Positions 9,169 to 18,996 of a stretch of 64,000 nucleotides of DNA are shown one piece after another. The notes beneath the pieces were generated by a model. That model saw only the letters and a program-made list of their open reading frames with translations, ran no database searches and was not told where the DNA came from. Origin of the DNA: Dehalococcoidia bacterium (GTDB lineage: Bacteria; Chloroflexota; Dehalococcoidia; Bin125). The position numbers and the translations under genes were made by a program. Position 1 is the first letter of the stretch; the number at the start of each line of letters is the position of its first letter. The stretch spans positions 64,001 through 128,000 of the forward strand of contig OY820591.1 of assembly GCA_963555985.3 (NCBI GenBank), given 5' to 3'.

Positions 9169-9435
9169 ATGCTCAGCAAGGACGAGAAAGCCGCAATCGC
9201 CCGGAGATTCGGGCGCAGCGAAGATGACACCGGCTCGCCAGAGGTTCAGGTGGCCGCGCTGACCGAGCGCATCGCCCGCTTGACCGACCATCTCCGCGAG
9301 CACAAGCACGACTACGCCACGCGGCGCGCCCTGATGAAGCTGGTCGGGCGCCGGCGGCGGCAGCTCGCTTATCTCAACCGCGAAGATGTCGGCCGTTACC
9401 GCGCCCTGATCGCCGAGCTTGGCCTGCGCCGCTAG
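9169..9435 (+). CDS. rpsO: 30S ribosomal protein S15
   Basis: [43 protein letters not shown]; lies upstream of pnp. Confidence 0.98.
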   Translation: MLSKDEKAAIARRFGRSEDDTGSPEVQVAALTERIARLTDHLREHKHDYATRRALMKLVGRRRRQLAYLNREDVGRYRALIAELGLRR

Positions 9436-9630
9436 CGAATCTGGGCCCGAACCCGCTCGCGCCGAACCACCCCCTGTACGGCATTGGCCTGCGGGCCAGG
9501 CAATGTCATGCCGTGCAGCGCGCACCGAAGGCGCAAGCGCGCCGGTGCGCACGACACCTGCTTCGCCGCCCGGAGCCTAGAGCGATTGTCCGCGAGCGCG
9601 AAGCCCGAAAGAGACGAGGAATCCGAAACC

Positions 9631-12330
9631 ATGCCCGATGCCGTTGAAGTTGAAATCGCCGGCCGCAGTCTGAGCATTGAAACCGGCAAGCTCGCCGCCC
9701 AGGCCGGCGGCGCCGTGACCGTGCGCTACGGCGACACGATGATGCTCGGCACCGCCACCGCCTCCAAGCCGCGCCCGGGGATCGACTTCTTCCCCCTCTC
9801 GGTTGAGTTCGAAGAGCGCCTCTACGCCGCCGGCCGCATCCCCGGCTCTTTTTTCCGGCGCGAAGGACGGCCTACTACGGCCGCTGTCCTCTCCGCTCGG
9901 CTGACCGACCGGCCGATCCGGCCGCTTTTCCCCAAGGGTTACAACGACGACACCCAGCTGATCATCACGATCCTCTCGGTGGATATGGAGAACCCGCCGG
10001 ACACGCTGGGCACGATCGCTGCGTCTGCGGCGCTTTGCGTCTCCGACATTCCCTTCGAGGGTCCGGTCGCCTCCGTCCGGATCGGACACGTGGACGGCGA
10101 ACTGGTGCTCCAGCCGACGTTTGCCCAGCTCGAAGCGAGCGACCTCAACTTGATCGTGGCCGGTACCAAGGATGCGATCACGATGGTCGAGGCGGAGGCG
10201 GGCGAAGTGCCCGAGACGCTGCTGGTCGAGGCGCTTGCCCTCGGGCAGGAAGCGATCACCCAAATTTGCCTTGCCCAGGAGGAGCTGGCCGAGGCTGTCG
10301 CGACGCCCAAGCGCGCCTACACCCCGCAGGAGATCGACGCCGACGCGCTCGCCGATGCGGAAGCGCAGATCGGCGCGGAACTGGCCGACGCGCTCAGCAA
10401 CAGCGGCGACAAGACCGAGCGCGACACTCGCCGCGAACAACTCAAGACCGGGCTGCTCGAACCGCTCGATGAAGGCGACCGCGAGACCTATGCCGACGCT
10501 TTCGACACGCTTGAGAAGCGGATCGTGCGGCGCAACATCCTCGAGCACGGCCAGCGCCCCGACGGTCGCGGTACCGCCGACCTGCGTCAACTCTCGGCCG
10601 AAGTCGACCTGATCCCGCGTACGCATGGATCGGGGCTGTTCCAGCGCGGCGAGACACAGGTGCTCAGCATCACCACGCTGGCCGGTTCAGGCATGGCTCA
10701 GCGCCTCGACGACCTTAACCCCGAGGACTCGAAGCGCTTCATGCACCACTACAACTTCCCGCCCTTCTCGACCGGCGAGACCGGGCGGGTGGGCAATCCG
10801 TCTCGGCGCAGCATCGGCCACGGGATGTTGGGCGAGCGCGCGATGCAGGCGATTCTGCCGCCGTTCGAGGATTTCCCCTACACGATTCGGGTCGTCTCGG
10901 AAGTGCTCGCCTCCAACGGCAGTACCTCGATGGCCAGCATCTGCGCGTCGGTGCTGTCGATGATGGACGCCGGCGTGCCGCTGCGCACCCCAATCGCCGG
11001 GATTGCGATGGGTCTGATCAAAGAAGACGACGAGGTCGCGATCCTGACCGACATCGTGGGCATGGAAGACCACCTCGGCGACATGGACTTCAAGGTCGCC
11101 GGCAGCCGCGAGGGCGTCACCGCGTTGCAGATGGACATGAAGGTCAAGGGGATCGACCTCGAGATTCTCGCCCGCGCGCTCAACCAAGCCCGCGACGCGC
11201 GGCTGGAGATCATGGACGTGATGACCAGCTGCATCGCCGAGCCGCGCGAGGAAATGTCGCCGCACGCGCCGCGCATCCTGCGGATCGATGTGCCCCAGGA
11301 CAAGATCGGCCAGATCATCGGCCCCGGCGGACGCAACATCCGCGCGATGGAAGAAGAGACCGGCGCCGACATCTCGGTCGAAGACGACGGCGCGGTCTTC
11401 ATCACTGCGACCGACGCCGCGTCCGGCCAGGCGGCCTACGACCGCATCTCCGCGCTCACCCGCGAGATCGAGCCGGGACAGATTTACACCGGCAAGGTGG
11501 TGCGCATCCTGCCCTTCGGCGCGTTCGTCGAACTCGTGCCGGGCAAGGACGCGCTCGTCCACATCTCCGAGCTCGCCGAGCATCGCGTCGAGCGGGTCGA
11601 AGACGTGACCGCCGTGGGCGAAGAGATGCAGGTCGAGGTGATCGAGATCGACTCGCTCGGCCGGGTCAACGCCTCGCGCCGGCGCTTGCTTGGTCTCGAC
11701 GACGATGCTCCGCGCCGCAGCGACGACGGTCCGCCGCGCCGCCAGCGGCGTGAACGAGGCGATCGTAGTGATCGCGGCGATCGACCGGATCGGGACGGCG
11801 GACCTTCGCGCCGCCCGCCGCGACAGCGCCGCGCACGTCCCCGCAACGAAGTCGAACCGGAAGAAGCCCGCACGGAAGCTCCGCCTGAGCCGGTGGCAGT
11901 CGAGGCCGCTGAAGCCGCCGAAGCCGCCCCCGAACCGGCAACGCCGGAACTCGTCCCCGCCGCCGTGAGCGAGCCGAGCCCGGTCGTGGATGGCGAGGAC
12001 GCCCCGCAGCCGGAGGGTGAGCGCTCCGCCGCCGTCGCTCCGCCGCGCGAGGGCGCGCCGCGCCGCCGCCGCCGCCGTCGCCGCCGTGGAGCGGCTCAGG
12101 CCGACGACAGTGCCCCGCCGAGCGAGAGCGGAGCTCCCCAGGCGCAGCAACGCCAGCCGCAGCCGCGACCGGAACCGGAAGAGCGCCAGCCCGAGAGCAA
12201 CGACGGCGGCCGCCGCCGGGCCAACATCCTCTCCCGCGTCGGCATCCGCCGCAACGAGCCGCCGCCCTCCGACGGCCCGCCTCCGCCCCCGCCTCCGCCC
12301 CGCTCCGACTTCGGAGCGCCCAGCCGCTAG
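9631..12330 (+). CDS. pnp: Polyribonucleotide nucleotidyltransferase with long low-complexity C-terminal tail
   Basis: [55 protein letters not shown] (IIGPGG) and S1 domains; GAGGA RBS before ATG 9631. Confidence 0.97.
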   Translation: MPDAVEVEIAGRSLSIETGKLAAQAGGAVTVRYGDTMMLGTATASKPRPGIDFFPLSVEFEERLYAAGRIPGSFFRREGRPTTAAVLSARLTDRPIRPLFPKGYNDDTQLIITILSVDMENPPDTLGTIAASAALCVSDIPFEGPVASVRIGHVDGELVLQPTFAQLEASDLNLIVAGTKDAITMVEAEAGEVPETLLVEALALGQEAITQICLAQEELAEAVATPKRAYTPQEIDADALADAEAQIGAELADALSNSGDKTERDTRREQLKTGLLEPLDEGDRETYADAFDTLEKRIVRRNILEHGQRPDGRGTADLRQLSAEVDLIPRTHGSGLFQRGETQVLSITTLAGSGMAQRLDDLNPEDSKRFMHHYNFPPFSTGETGRVGNPSRRSIGHGMLGERAMQAILPPFEDFPYTIRVVSEVLASNGSTSMASICASVLSMMDAGVPLRTPIAGIAMGLIKEDDEVAILTDIVGMEDHLGDMDFKVAGSREGVTALQMDMKVKGIDLEILARALNQARDARLEIMDVMTSCIAEPREEMSPHAPRILRIDVPQDKIGQIIGPGGRNIRAMEEETGADISVEDDGAVFITATDAASGQAAYDRISALTREIEPGQIYTGKVVRILPFGAFVELVPGKDALVHISELAEHRVERVEDVTAVGEEMQVEVIEIDSLGRVNASRRRLLGLDDDAPRRSDDGPPRRQRRERGDRSDRGDRPDRDGGPSRRPPRQRRARPRNEVEPEEARTEAPPEPVAVEAAEAAEAAPEPATPELVPAAVSEPSPVVDGEDAPQPEGERSAAVAPPREGAPRRRRRRRRRGAAQADDSAPPSESGAPQAQQRQPQPRPEPEERQPESNDGGRRRANILSRVGIRRNEPPPSDGPPPPPPPPRSDFGAPSR

Positions 12331-12354
12331 CAGCCGCTACAGATTGCAGAGATC

Positions 12355-13152
12355 ATGACCACCCGAGTCGCCATGAGCGGCGCCGGCAATATGGGCCAAC
12401 AGATCATGGCCGCGATTGAGGCCGCCGACGATCTGGAACTCATCGGCGCGCTCGACGGCCTCTCCGACCAAACCAGCATGACCGTCGCCGGCCGCGACAT
12501 CCCGCTCAGCAACTCGCTCGATGCGCTCGCCGACTGGTCGCCCGATGTCGTCGTCGACTTTTCCCACGCCGACTGGACGGCTCAGCTTCTGCCTGCCGCC
12601 GTTGCCGCCGGCGTTCGGCCTGTGGTCGGCACTTCCGGCCTCTCCGACGAGGTGATCGCCGACGCTGAGCGGCGTGTCGCCGACGCCGGACTAGGCGGCG
12701 TGGTCGCCGCCAACTTTGCGCTCGGCGCGGTGATGATGATGCACCTTGCGCGCGTCGCCGCGCCCTTCTTCGATTCGGTTGAGATCATCGAGCAGCACCA
12801 CGCCGGCAAGGTGGACGCGCCCTCCGGTACCGCCGTCGCTACGGCGCAGTTGATGCGCGAGGTGCGCAACTCCGATTTCGAGCGCCGCGAGGCCGAGCGC
12901 GACAACATCCCGGGCGAAGACTCGCGCGGCGCAGCCCTGGGCGGCGCGACGCTGCACTCGGTTCGCCTGCCCGGACTGGTCGCGCACCAGGTGATCATTT
13001 TCGGCGGCACCGACGAGACTCTCACGATCCGCCACGACTCGATGAGCCGCGCTTCGTTCATTCCGCAAATTCTGCGGGCGATTCGGGCGGCTCCCGAACT
13101 TGATCGGCTCGTCGTCGGCCTCGACCGGCTGCTCGGTCTGCGCGACGACTGA
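12355..13152 (+). CDS. dapB: 4-hydroxy-tetrahydrodipicolinate reductase
   Basis: GAGNMG, VVDFS, VVGTSG, EQHHAGKVDAPSGTA, IRHDSMSR motifs. Confidence 0.96.
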   Translation: MTTRVAMSGAGNMGQQIMAAIEAADDLELIGALDGLSDQTSMTVAGRDIPLSNSLDALADWSPDVVVDFSHADWTAQLLPAAVAAGVRPVVGTSGLSDEVIADAERRVADAGLGGVVAANFALGAVMMMHLARVAAPFFDSVEIIEQHHAGKVDAPSGTAVATAQLMREVRNSDFERREAERDNIPGEDSRGAALGGATLHSVRLPGLVAHQVIIFGGTDETLTIRHDSMSRASFIPQILRAIRAAPELDRLVVGLDRLLGLRDD

Positions 13153-13163
13153 CCCGACACGTT

Positions 13164-13240
13164 CGTACCAGCGCGAACGCACTCGAACGTATCCGAACAC
13201 CAGCGAACACATCCGAACACCAGCGAACGCATCCGCACGC
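13164..13240. repeat. 10-bp-period tandem repeat (CGAACRY units) between dapB and asd
   Basis: CGAAC at 13174, 13184, 13194, 13204, 13214, 13224; degenerate units at 13164 and 13234. Confidence 0.85.
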
Positions 13241-13260
13241 ACAAGGGAAGGATTTGCGAG

Positions 13261-14286
13261 ATGTCCCGTGCATTGACCGTGGCCCTGGTCGGAGCGACCG
13301 GCGTCGTCGGCGCAGAATTCCTGCGCTGCATGGAGGAACGCGACTTTCCTGTTGGGGAGCTGCGTCTGCTGGCGACCAAGCGCTCGGGAGGGCGCGAACT
13401 CAGCTTCCGCGGTCAAACACACATTGTGCATGAGACAACCCACGACGCCTTTGACGGCGCCGACATCGCCTTCATCTCCGCCTCCACCGCCGCCTCGCGC
13501 GAGCTGTGCCCGGTTGCGGCCAAGCGCGGCGCGGTCGCGTTCGACGACTCTTCGGCGTTTCGCCAGCAGGAAGGCGTGCCCCTGGTCGTGCCCGAGATCA
13601 ACCCCGAAGACCTGCGCGACCATTCCGGCATCATCTCGACGCCCAACTGCACCACCGTGCCGCTAGTGCTGACCCTGCACCCCCTGATGCAGGAGCGCAC
13701 GGTGACCCGCGTGATCGCCGACACCTATCAGGCCACCTCCGGTTCCGGCAAGGCGGCGGTCGACGAGTTGCAGCGCCAGAACGCCGTCCTGGTCGGCGGC
13801 GAGCCGGTCTCCGACGACCAGATCAACGAGTACCCCAAGCAAATCGCCAACAACGCCCTCCCCCAGGTGGATGTCTTCCTCGACGACGGCTACACCAAGG
13901 AGGAGTGGAAGATGCTGGTCGAATCGCGCAAGATCCTGCACCAGCCGGAGCTGCCGCTGAGCGCGACCTGCGTCCGCATTCCCACCGAACTCTCCCACGC
14001 GATCGCCGTCCACGCCGACTTTGACCGCCCGATCAGCGTCGAAGAAGCACACGCGCTCTGGGCCGCCCAACCCGGTCTCAGCGTGATCGATGGGCGCGCG
14101 GCGGGCGAGTATCCGACGCCGCTCGATGCGAGCGGGATTGACGACACGCTGGTCGGCCGGGCGCGAGTGGATGTGACCAACCCCAACGGTCTCGCCTGGT
14201 GGGTAGTCGCCGACAACCTGCGCAAGGGGTCGGCGCTGAACATGATTCAGATGGTCGAGTGGATGCTTGCGGACGGGTGCCTCTAG
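13261..14286 (+). CDS. asd: Aspartate-semialdehyde dehydrogenase
   Basis: VGATGVVG, SSAFR..VPLVVPEIN, PNCTT, TYQATSGSG, ATCVRIP, DNLRKGSALN motifs. Confidence 0.97.
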   Translation: MSRALTVALVGATGVVGAEFLRCMEERDFPVGELRLLATKRSGGRELSFRGQTHIVHETTHDAFDGADIAFISASTAASRELCPVAAKRGAVAFDDSSAFRQQEGVPLVVPEINPEDLRDHSGIISTPNCTTVPLVLTLHPLMQERTVTRVIADTYQATSGSGKAAVDELQRQNAVLVGGEPVSDDQINEYPKQIANNALPQVDVFLDDGYTKEEWKMLVESRKILHQPELPLSATCVRIPTELSHAIAVHADFDRPISVEEAHALWAAQPGLSVIDGRAAGEYPTPLDASGIDDTLVGRARVDVTNPNGLAWWVVADNLRKGSALNMIQMVEWMLADGCL

Positions 14287-14292
14287 CCCTCA

Positions 14293-14560
14293 CTCCGTCA
14301 TACCCGCGCTCGCCGCGGAGCCTGTCCCCGCGCAGGGAGGCCTGTGCAAATTGGCATTCCCGCTGCTCTCGTCATTCCAGCGAAAGCTGGAATCTCGCCC
14401 GACCAGATAGACCGAACTCCGAACGAGATTCCAGGTCAAGCCTGGAATGACGGAAATGGGGGTTTCGCAAAGGCCTCCGAAGGCGGAGATCACTCGCCGA
14501 CATCTGCACCGTCGTCACCCAACACCGCGAGATTGCCGCGACGAGGCGCGGCAATGACGG
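14293..14560. repeat. Family B CGTC doublet interrupted by nested insertions
   Basis: Outer arms and the spacer GCACCGTCGT match the uninterrupted doublet at 23855-23952. Confidence 0.75.
14337..14477. mobile_element. MITE with 14-bp TIRs carrying a family A palindrome doublet
   Basis: Left end GAGGCCTGTGCAAA, right end TTCGCAAAGGCCTC (12/14 inverted match); flanks CGCAGG and CGAAGG as an imperfect duplication; internal doublet 14370-14452. Confidence 0.7.
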
Positions 14561-14678
14561 ACTCATGCGCCCTATCGCCGAACTGTCACGACAGGTGCGG
14601 AGCTGGTGAACTGAGCAATGTGCGAGCCGCCTGCCGGCGCTTCACTCCCGCTCACACAGGCCCACTATGATCGCCGCC

Positions 14679-15626
14679 ATGAAAGCAACTGACACCGCTC
14701 AAATCGGACGCACCTCCCTGCACGTTACGCGCCTGGGACTCGGTGGCGTCTTCCTGGCCAGCGACGCGCCCCCTGCCGAAGCGGAAGCGCTGATCGATCG
14801 CGCTGCCGCGCTCGGCGTGCGTTACTTCGATACCGCTCCGATGTATGGCGTCGGCGAGAGCGAGCGCCGCTACCGCGCGCCTCTCGCCCGGCTCGACCGT
14901 TCGGAGTTTGTGCTCTCGACCAAGGTCGGCCGCCGGCTCCAGGAGGATGCCGGCGGCACCGAACCCTGGCACTTCGATTTCAGCCGTGACGGCGTCCTAC
15001 GCTGCTTCGAAACGAGCCTCGAACGACTTGGACTCGACCATGTAGACATCCTGCTCGTGCATGACCCCGACGACCACGCCGAGCAGGCGTTGCGTGAGGC
15101 CTTCCCTGCCTTAATCGAACTGCGCGAGCAGGGTCTGGTCGGAGCCATCGGCGCGGGCATGAATCAGTGGGAATTGGAGCTGCGCTTCGCCCTCGAACTG
15201 CCGCTCGACTGTTTCCTGCTGGCCGGGCGCTACACCCTGCTCGAACAGGGCGCGCTCGCCGAGTTTCTGCCCTACTGCGAGGCGAACGGGATCAGCGTGA
15301 TCGCGGGCGGTCCGTACAACAGCGGCATCCTCGCCTCGAACCTCAGCCCCGGCGCGAGCTACAACTACCGCGCCGCGCCGCCGGCGATGCTCGAACGCGC
15401 CCGCTCGATCCAGGCCGTCTGCGACCGCCACGATGTGCCGTTGAAGGCCGCCGCCCTACAGTTCATCCTCGCCCATCCCGCCCTGGCCGCCGTGATCCCC
15501 GGCGCAGCCTCCGTGGCCGAGGTCGAGGAGAACGCGCGCATGGTCGAAACGGCGATCCCGGCTGGCCTCTGGGACGAGTTGAAGCAAGCCGGCCTGCTCA
15601 ACGCTGCGGCGCCGGTTCCGGTCTAG
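14679..15626 (+). CDS. Aldo/keto reductase
   Basis: YFDTAPMYGVGESE, LSTKVGR, SLERLGLDHVDILLVHDP motifs; TATGAT lies 7 nt before ATG 14679 (alternative start 14667). Confidence 0.93.
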   Translation: MKATDTAQIGRTSLHVTRLGLGGVFLASDAPPAEAEALIDRAAALGVRYFDTAPMYGVGESERRYRAPLARLDRSEFVLSTKVGRRLQEDAGGTEPWHFDFSRDGVLRCFETSLERLGLDHVDILLVHDPDDHAEQALREAFPALIELREQGLVGAIGAGMNQWELELRFALELPLDCFLLAGRYTLLEQGALAEFLPYCEANGISVIAGGPYNSGILASNLSPGASYNYRAAPPAMLERARSIQAVCDRHDVPLKAAALQFILAHPALAAVIPGAASVAEVEENARMVETAIPAGLWDELKQAGLLNAAAPVPV

Positions 15627-15777
15627 CAGGCTGCCGCAAAACTCAACCCTCGTCATTCCAGGCTTGACCTGGAATCTCGCTCCCCTCGTCGCCGGATCTG
15701 GCCGGGCGAGATTCCAGCTTTCGCTGGAATGACTGAGAGCAGGGCGATGCCCCGAGGCGGGTTCTTCAGTACCTTGC
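15627..15777. mobile_element. MITE-like element carrying a family A doublet (15651-15733)
   Basis: CGTCATTCCAGGCTTGACCTGGAATCTCG..CGAGATTCCAGCTTTCGCTGGAATGAC; ends CAGGCTGCCGCAAAA and TTCTTCAGTACCTTG are loosely inverted. Confidence 0.6.
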
Positions 15778-15840
15778 AGCGCCCGACCGACGACGAACCT
15801 AGTAGCCTTGATCGACTGCGACCGACGGAAGGCCCGGATC

Positions 15841-16755
15841 ATGACTGTCGAGACAAACTGGGGACGCCTCTACACGGCGATGGTGACGCCCATGCGCGAG
15901 GATGGCGCGATTGATGTGGAGCAGGCGCAGGCGCTCGCGGTCGCATTAATCAAGAGTGGCTCTGACGGCGTGGTCGTGGCCGGGACCACCGGCGAATCGC
16001 CGACCCTGACCCACGAGGAGGAGCGCGTGCTTTTCCGCGAACTGCTGCCGGTCGTGCATGAGCTCGATGCGACCCTGATCGCGGGTACCGGCTCGAACAG
16101 CACCGAGACCGCGGTGGAGGCGTCCGAGCTGGCCGCCGAAATCGGGGTGGACGGTCTGTTGCAGGTGGTGCCCTACTACAACAAGCCCTCGCAGGAGGGG
16201 TTGTACCAGCACTTCAAAGCCGTCGCCGATGCGGTTGAGACGCCGATCATGCTCTACAACGTGCCTGGGCGGACGGGTCTGAACATGACCGCCGCGACGA
16301 CCGTGCGCCTGGCGGAGGACTGCCCCAACATCGCCGGGGTCAAGGAAGCGTCGGGCGACCTGGAGCAGATCGCCGAGATCATCCGCAGCGCGCCGCCCGC
16401 GTTCAAGATCTGGAGCGGCAACGACGGCGATAACCTCGCCATCCTGGCGATGGGCGGCTACGGCGCGGTCTCAGTGTTGAGCCATCTCGTGGGCGGCCAG
16501 ATTGCGGCGATGTACGACGCCTGGGAGCGGGGCGACACGGCCGAAGCGGGACGCCTCCAGGTGCGGCTCGCGCCGCTGGTCAAGGCGATGTTCCTGATCG
16601 GCAATCCCGCGCCGGTCAAGTGGGCGCTGAACGACGCCGGTTTCCGCGCCGGACCGCCGCGCGCCCCGCTGGCCGAACCGGACGCCGGCATCCAGGAGCA
16701 GATTCGCGCCGCCGTCGAGGCCGTGGGCGGCGTCGATCTGGTGATCTCCGAATAG
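15841..16755 (+). CDS. dapA: 4-hydroxy-tetrahydrodipicolinate synthase
   Basis: TAMVTP, GTTGESPTL, PYYNKP, LYNVPGRT, GVKEASG motifs. Confidence 0.96.
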   Translation: MTVETNWGRLYTAMVTPMREDGAIDVEQAQALAVALIKSGSDGVVVAGTTGESPTLTHEEERVLFRELLPVVHELDATLIAGTGSNSTETAVEASELAAEIGVDGLLQVVPYYNKPSQEGLYQHFKAVADAVETPIMLYNVPGRTGLNMTAATTVRLAEDCPNIAGVKEASGDLEQIAEIIRSAPPAFKIWSGNDGDNLAILAMGGYGAVSVLSHLVGGQIAAMYDAWERGDTAEAGRLQVRLAPLVKAMFLIGNPAPVKWALNDAGFRAGPPRAPLAEPDAGIQEQIRAAVEAVGGVDLVISE

Positions 16756-17256
16756 ATGCAGTCCGAGGCGGCGGAGGCCTGGGGCTACGCGCTCCTGCTG
16801 ACCAGGCGCGTGCTGACCACAGCGCTGGCGGGTGCGAGCACCGAGCAGCTGCACGAGCTAACCGCGCTCGGCTCGCTGGCAGAGTGCGCCGCCGCTACCT
16901 GCGCCGAGGAAGCGCGCCTAGTCTGGCCCGAAGACTTGCCCCTGGCGCGGCTCGATCCGCCGCAGACGCAGGTGGAAGCGCTCTACGCGCTGGTGCGTCA
17001 TCGCGCCGTGACCGAAGAGCTGTTGATGCAGGCGACTGATGAGCAGATGTCGTCGCCGCACTGGACGGCGGCGATGCGTCTGGCGGGAGACTCCGAGACG
17101 ACGCTGACCCAGTGTTTGCAACAGCTGGCCCTGGGCGAGTTCGCAGCGGCTGTGAAGGCGACGATGATTCGGACGCGGATTGATCCGGCCTGGTCGCCGC
17201 AGTTGGAGTTGCAGGAGCGGGCGCAGGCAGCGATCGTGGCGGCGCGACGCCCCTGA
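16756..17256 (+). CDS. Hypothetical helical protein (possibly DinB-like fold)
   Basis: Starts immediately after the dapA stop; normal codon usage; no motif recognised. Confidence 0.55.
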   Translation: MQSEAAEAWGYALLLTRRVLTTALAGASTEQLHELTALGSLAECAAATCAEEARLVWPEDLPLARLDPPQTQVEALYALVRHRAVTEELLMQATDEQMSSPHWTAAMRLAGDSETTLTQCLQQLALGEFAAAVKATMIRTRIDPAWSPQLELQERAQAAIVAARRP

Positions 17257-17340
17257 AGCCGCAGCTTCGCCCAAGTATAGGAAGTTTATGGGCTTTTAGC
17301 CGATCTCCTTAAAGTCGCCTAAAGTTGTTATATTTGGTTG

Positions 17341-18513
17341 GTGGATCCCGTCAGCAATCCCTACAGCCCCGGTGCCGGAACGCCCCCGCCCGCCCTGGTT
17401 GGACGTGACGGGGTACGCCGGGAATTTGACATTGCCATCCAGCGATTGACGCTGGGCAGACCGGCTCGCAGCATGATGCTGACCGGCCTGCGCGGCGTCG
17501 GCAAGACAGTCCTGCTGCGCGAGTTCGGGATGATCGGGCAAGGCCGCGACTGGGCCCATCTTCATCTTGAGGCCAGCGAAGATGACCGGTTTCTCGATTC
17601 AGCAGCGACACTCGCCCGCAAGTCCATGCTGCAACTCTCACGCAGGCTGGAGTTCTCTGATCGAGTCCGCCGCGCACTCGGCATCTTGCGCTCGTTCCAG
17701 TTGCGCTGGAACGTGCCGGACGCCGGCAGTGTCGATCTGCGCGTCGATCCCATTCCCGGGTACGCCGATTCCGGCGCGCTCGAGGATGACCTGTCCGACT
17801 TGCTCGCCGAAGTTGGTCAGTTGGCAGCCACGCAGCGGACGGGCGTCCTATTCACGATCGACGAGATTCAGTACCTCTCGCGTGACCATCTCGCGGCTCT
17901 GATCGTCGCCCTGCACCGGATCAGCCAGGAACAGCTGCCCCTGATGCTGGCGGGCGCGGGATTGCCCTCGTTGCCCGCCCTCGCGGGTGAAGCCAAGTCA
18001 TATGCCGAGCGATTGTTTACGTACAACGTCATTGACAAGCTCAGCCCGGAGGAGGCCGAGACCGCGCTCGCCGCTCCAGCACGGCGCGAAGGTGTCGAGT
18101 GGGATGTCGGCGCGTTGGAGCTTGTGGTTAAGCGGTCGGAAGGCTATCCCTACTTTCTGCAAGAGTTCGGGAAGCAAGCGTGGGATGCCGCTCAGTCTGA
18201 TGCAGTCATCAGCCGGCAGGATGTAGAAACGGCGATTCCTATCGCCGTCGATGAATTGGATAGCGGGTTCTTTGCGGTTCGCTTCAACCGCACGACGCCC
18301 GCTGAGCGCGACTATCTCTCGGCGATGGCATCGTTAGGAGGAGGGCCGTATCAATCCGGCGACGTGGCGCGCTCAATAGGCAAGACAACATCTCAAGTCG
18401 GCCCCGTCCGAGATTCGCTGATCAAGCGCGGGCTCTGCTATTCCTCCGGGTACGGCGTCATCGATTTCACAGTGCCAATGTTCGACCAATTCCTGCGCCG
18501 CCAACTGGCCTGA
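17341..18513 (+). CDS. AAA+/P-loop ATPase with probable C-terminal wHTH
   Basis: NPYSPGAG..LVGRD, GLRGVGKT (Walker A), FTIDEIQ (Walker B), GYPYFLQ; extended -10 TGnTATATT ends 6 nt before GTG 17341. Confidence 0.88.
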   Translation: MDPVSNPYSPGAGTPPPALVGRDGVRREFDIAIQRLTLGRPARSMMLTGLRGVGKTVLLREFGMIGQGRDWAHLHLEASEDDRFLDSAATLARKSMLQLSRRLEFSDRVRRALGILRSFQLRWNVPDAGSVDLRVDPIPGYADSGALEDDLSDLLAEVGQLAATQRTGVLFTIDEIQYLSRDHLAALIVALHRISQEQLPLMLAGAGLPSLPALAGEAKSYAERLFTYNVIDKLSPEEAETALAAPARREGVEWDVGALELVVKRSEGYPYFLQEFGKQAWDAAQSDAVISRQDVETAIPIAVDELDSGFFAVRFNRTTPAERDYLSAMASLGGGPYQSGDVARSIGKTTSQVGPVRDSLIKRGLCYSSGYGVIDFTVPMFDQFLRRQLA

Positions 18514-18553
18514 GCGCGTGCGGGCATTTCAGGAGCATGGCACACGCCCTGAG

Positions 18554-18740
18554 TTATTTCGACGACTGACCAAGTTCCCGGATGATCTTGCGCGCTAACT
18601 GCTCGTCGATCTCGCGATGGCGAGGAACAGCCTAGTACACGCCAGTCGTCGGATTGCGATACCAATCGTGGTTGCTGCCGTGACGAACCAGCGCGGCAAC
18701 CCAATCGGCGGATGCGCTTCTCAAGTTCCCTGCGTTTCAC
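18554..18740 (-). pseudogene. hicA: HicA toxin pseudogene (frameshift plus in-frame stop)
   Basis: MKRRELEKRIRRLGC, then after a 1-nt shift ALVRHGSNHDWYRNPTTGVY*AVPRHREIDEQLARKIIRELG. Confidence 0.82.
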
Positions 18741-18928
18741 GCCACGGACAAGTCAACGACACGTCGTACGCCCGGCAGTTCGCCACTGGTCAGGTCTTTG
18801 TACAGATCACGAAGATGTTCCTGTAGGTCTTCAAAAGTCTCTCCCTGTGTCCAATAGTCCGGGAATTCTTCCAGATATCCCAGCCACCATTCCTCGTTCC
18901 GCCAGTAGACCATTTTGGTCGTCGCCAC
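18737..18928 (-). CDS. hicB: HicB-family antitoxin (short form)
   Basis: WWLGYLEEFPDYWTQGETFEDLQEHLRD; AGGAGG RBS; GTGA overlap with hicA. Confidence 0.85.
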   Translation of the reverse strand: MATTKMVYWRNEEWWLGYLEEFPDYWTQGETFEDLQEHLRDLYKDLTSGELPGVRRVVDLSVA

Positions 18929-18996
18929 GCGCAGCCTCCTCGATCGCCGCTGCATCCTACCCTGATCGTAATCCTAACAAAGGACGGAGACCGCCG

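Noticed and set aside
9515-9560. CACCGAAGGCGCAA resembling a glycine riboswitch segment
   Set aside because: The other conserved parts (GGAGA, CTCTCAGG) are absent; more likely an ordinary rpsO-pnp hairpin.
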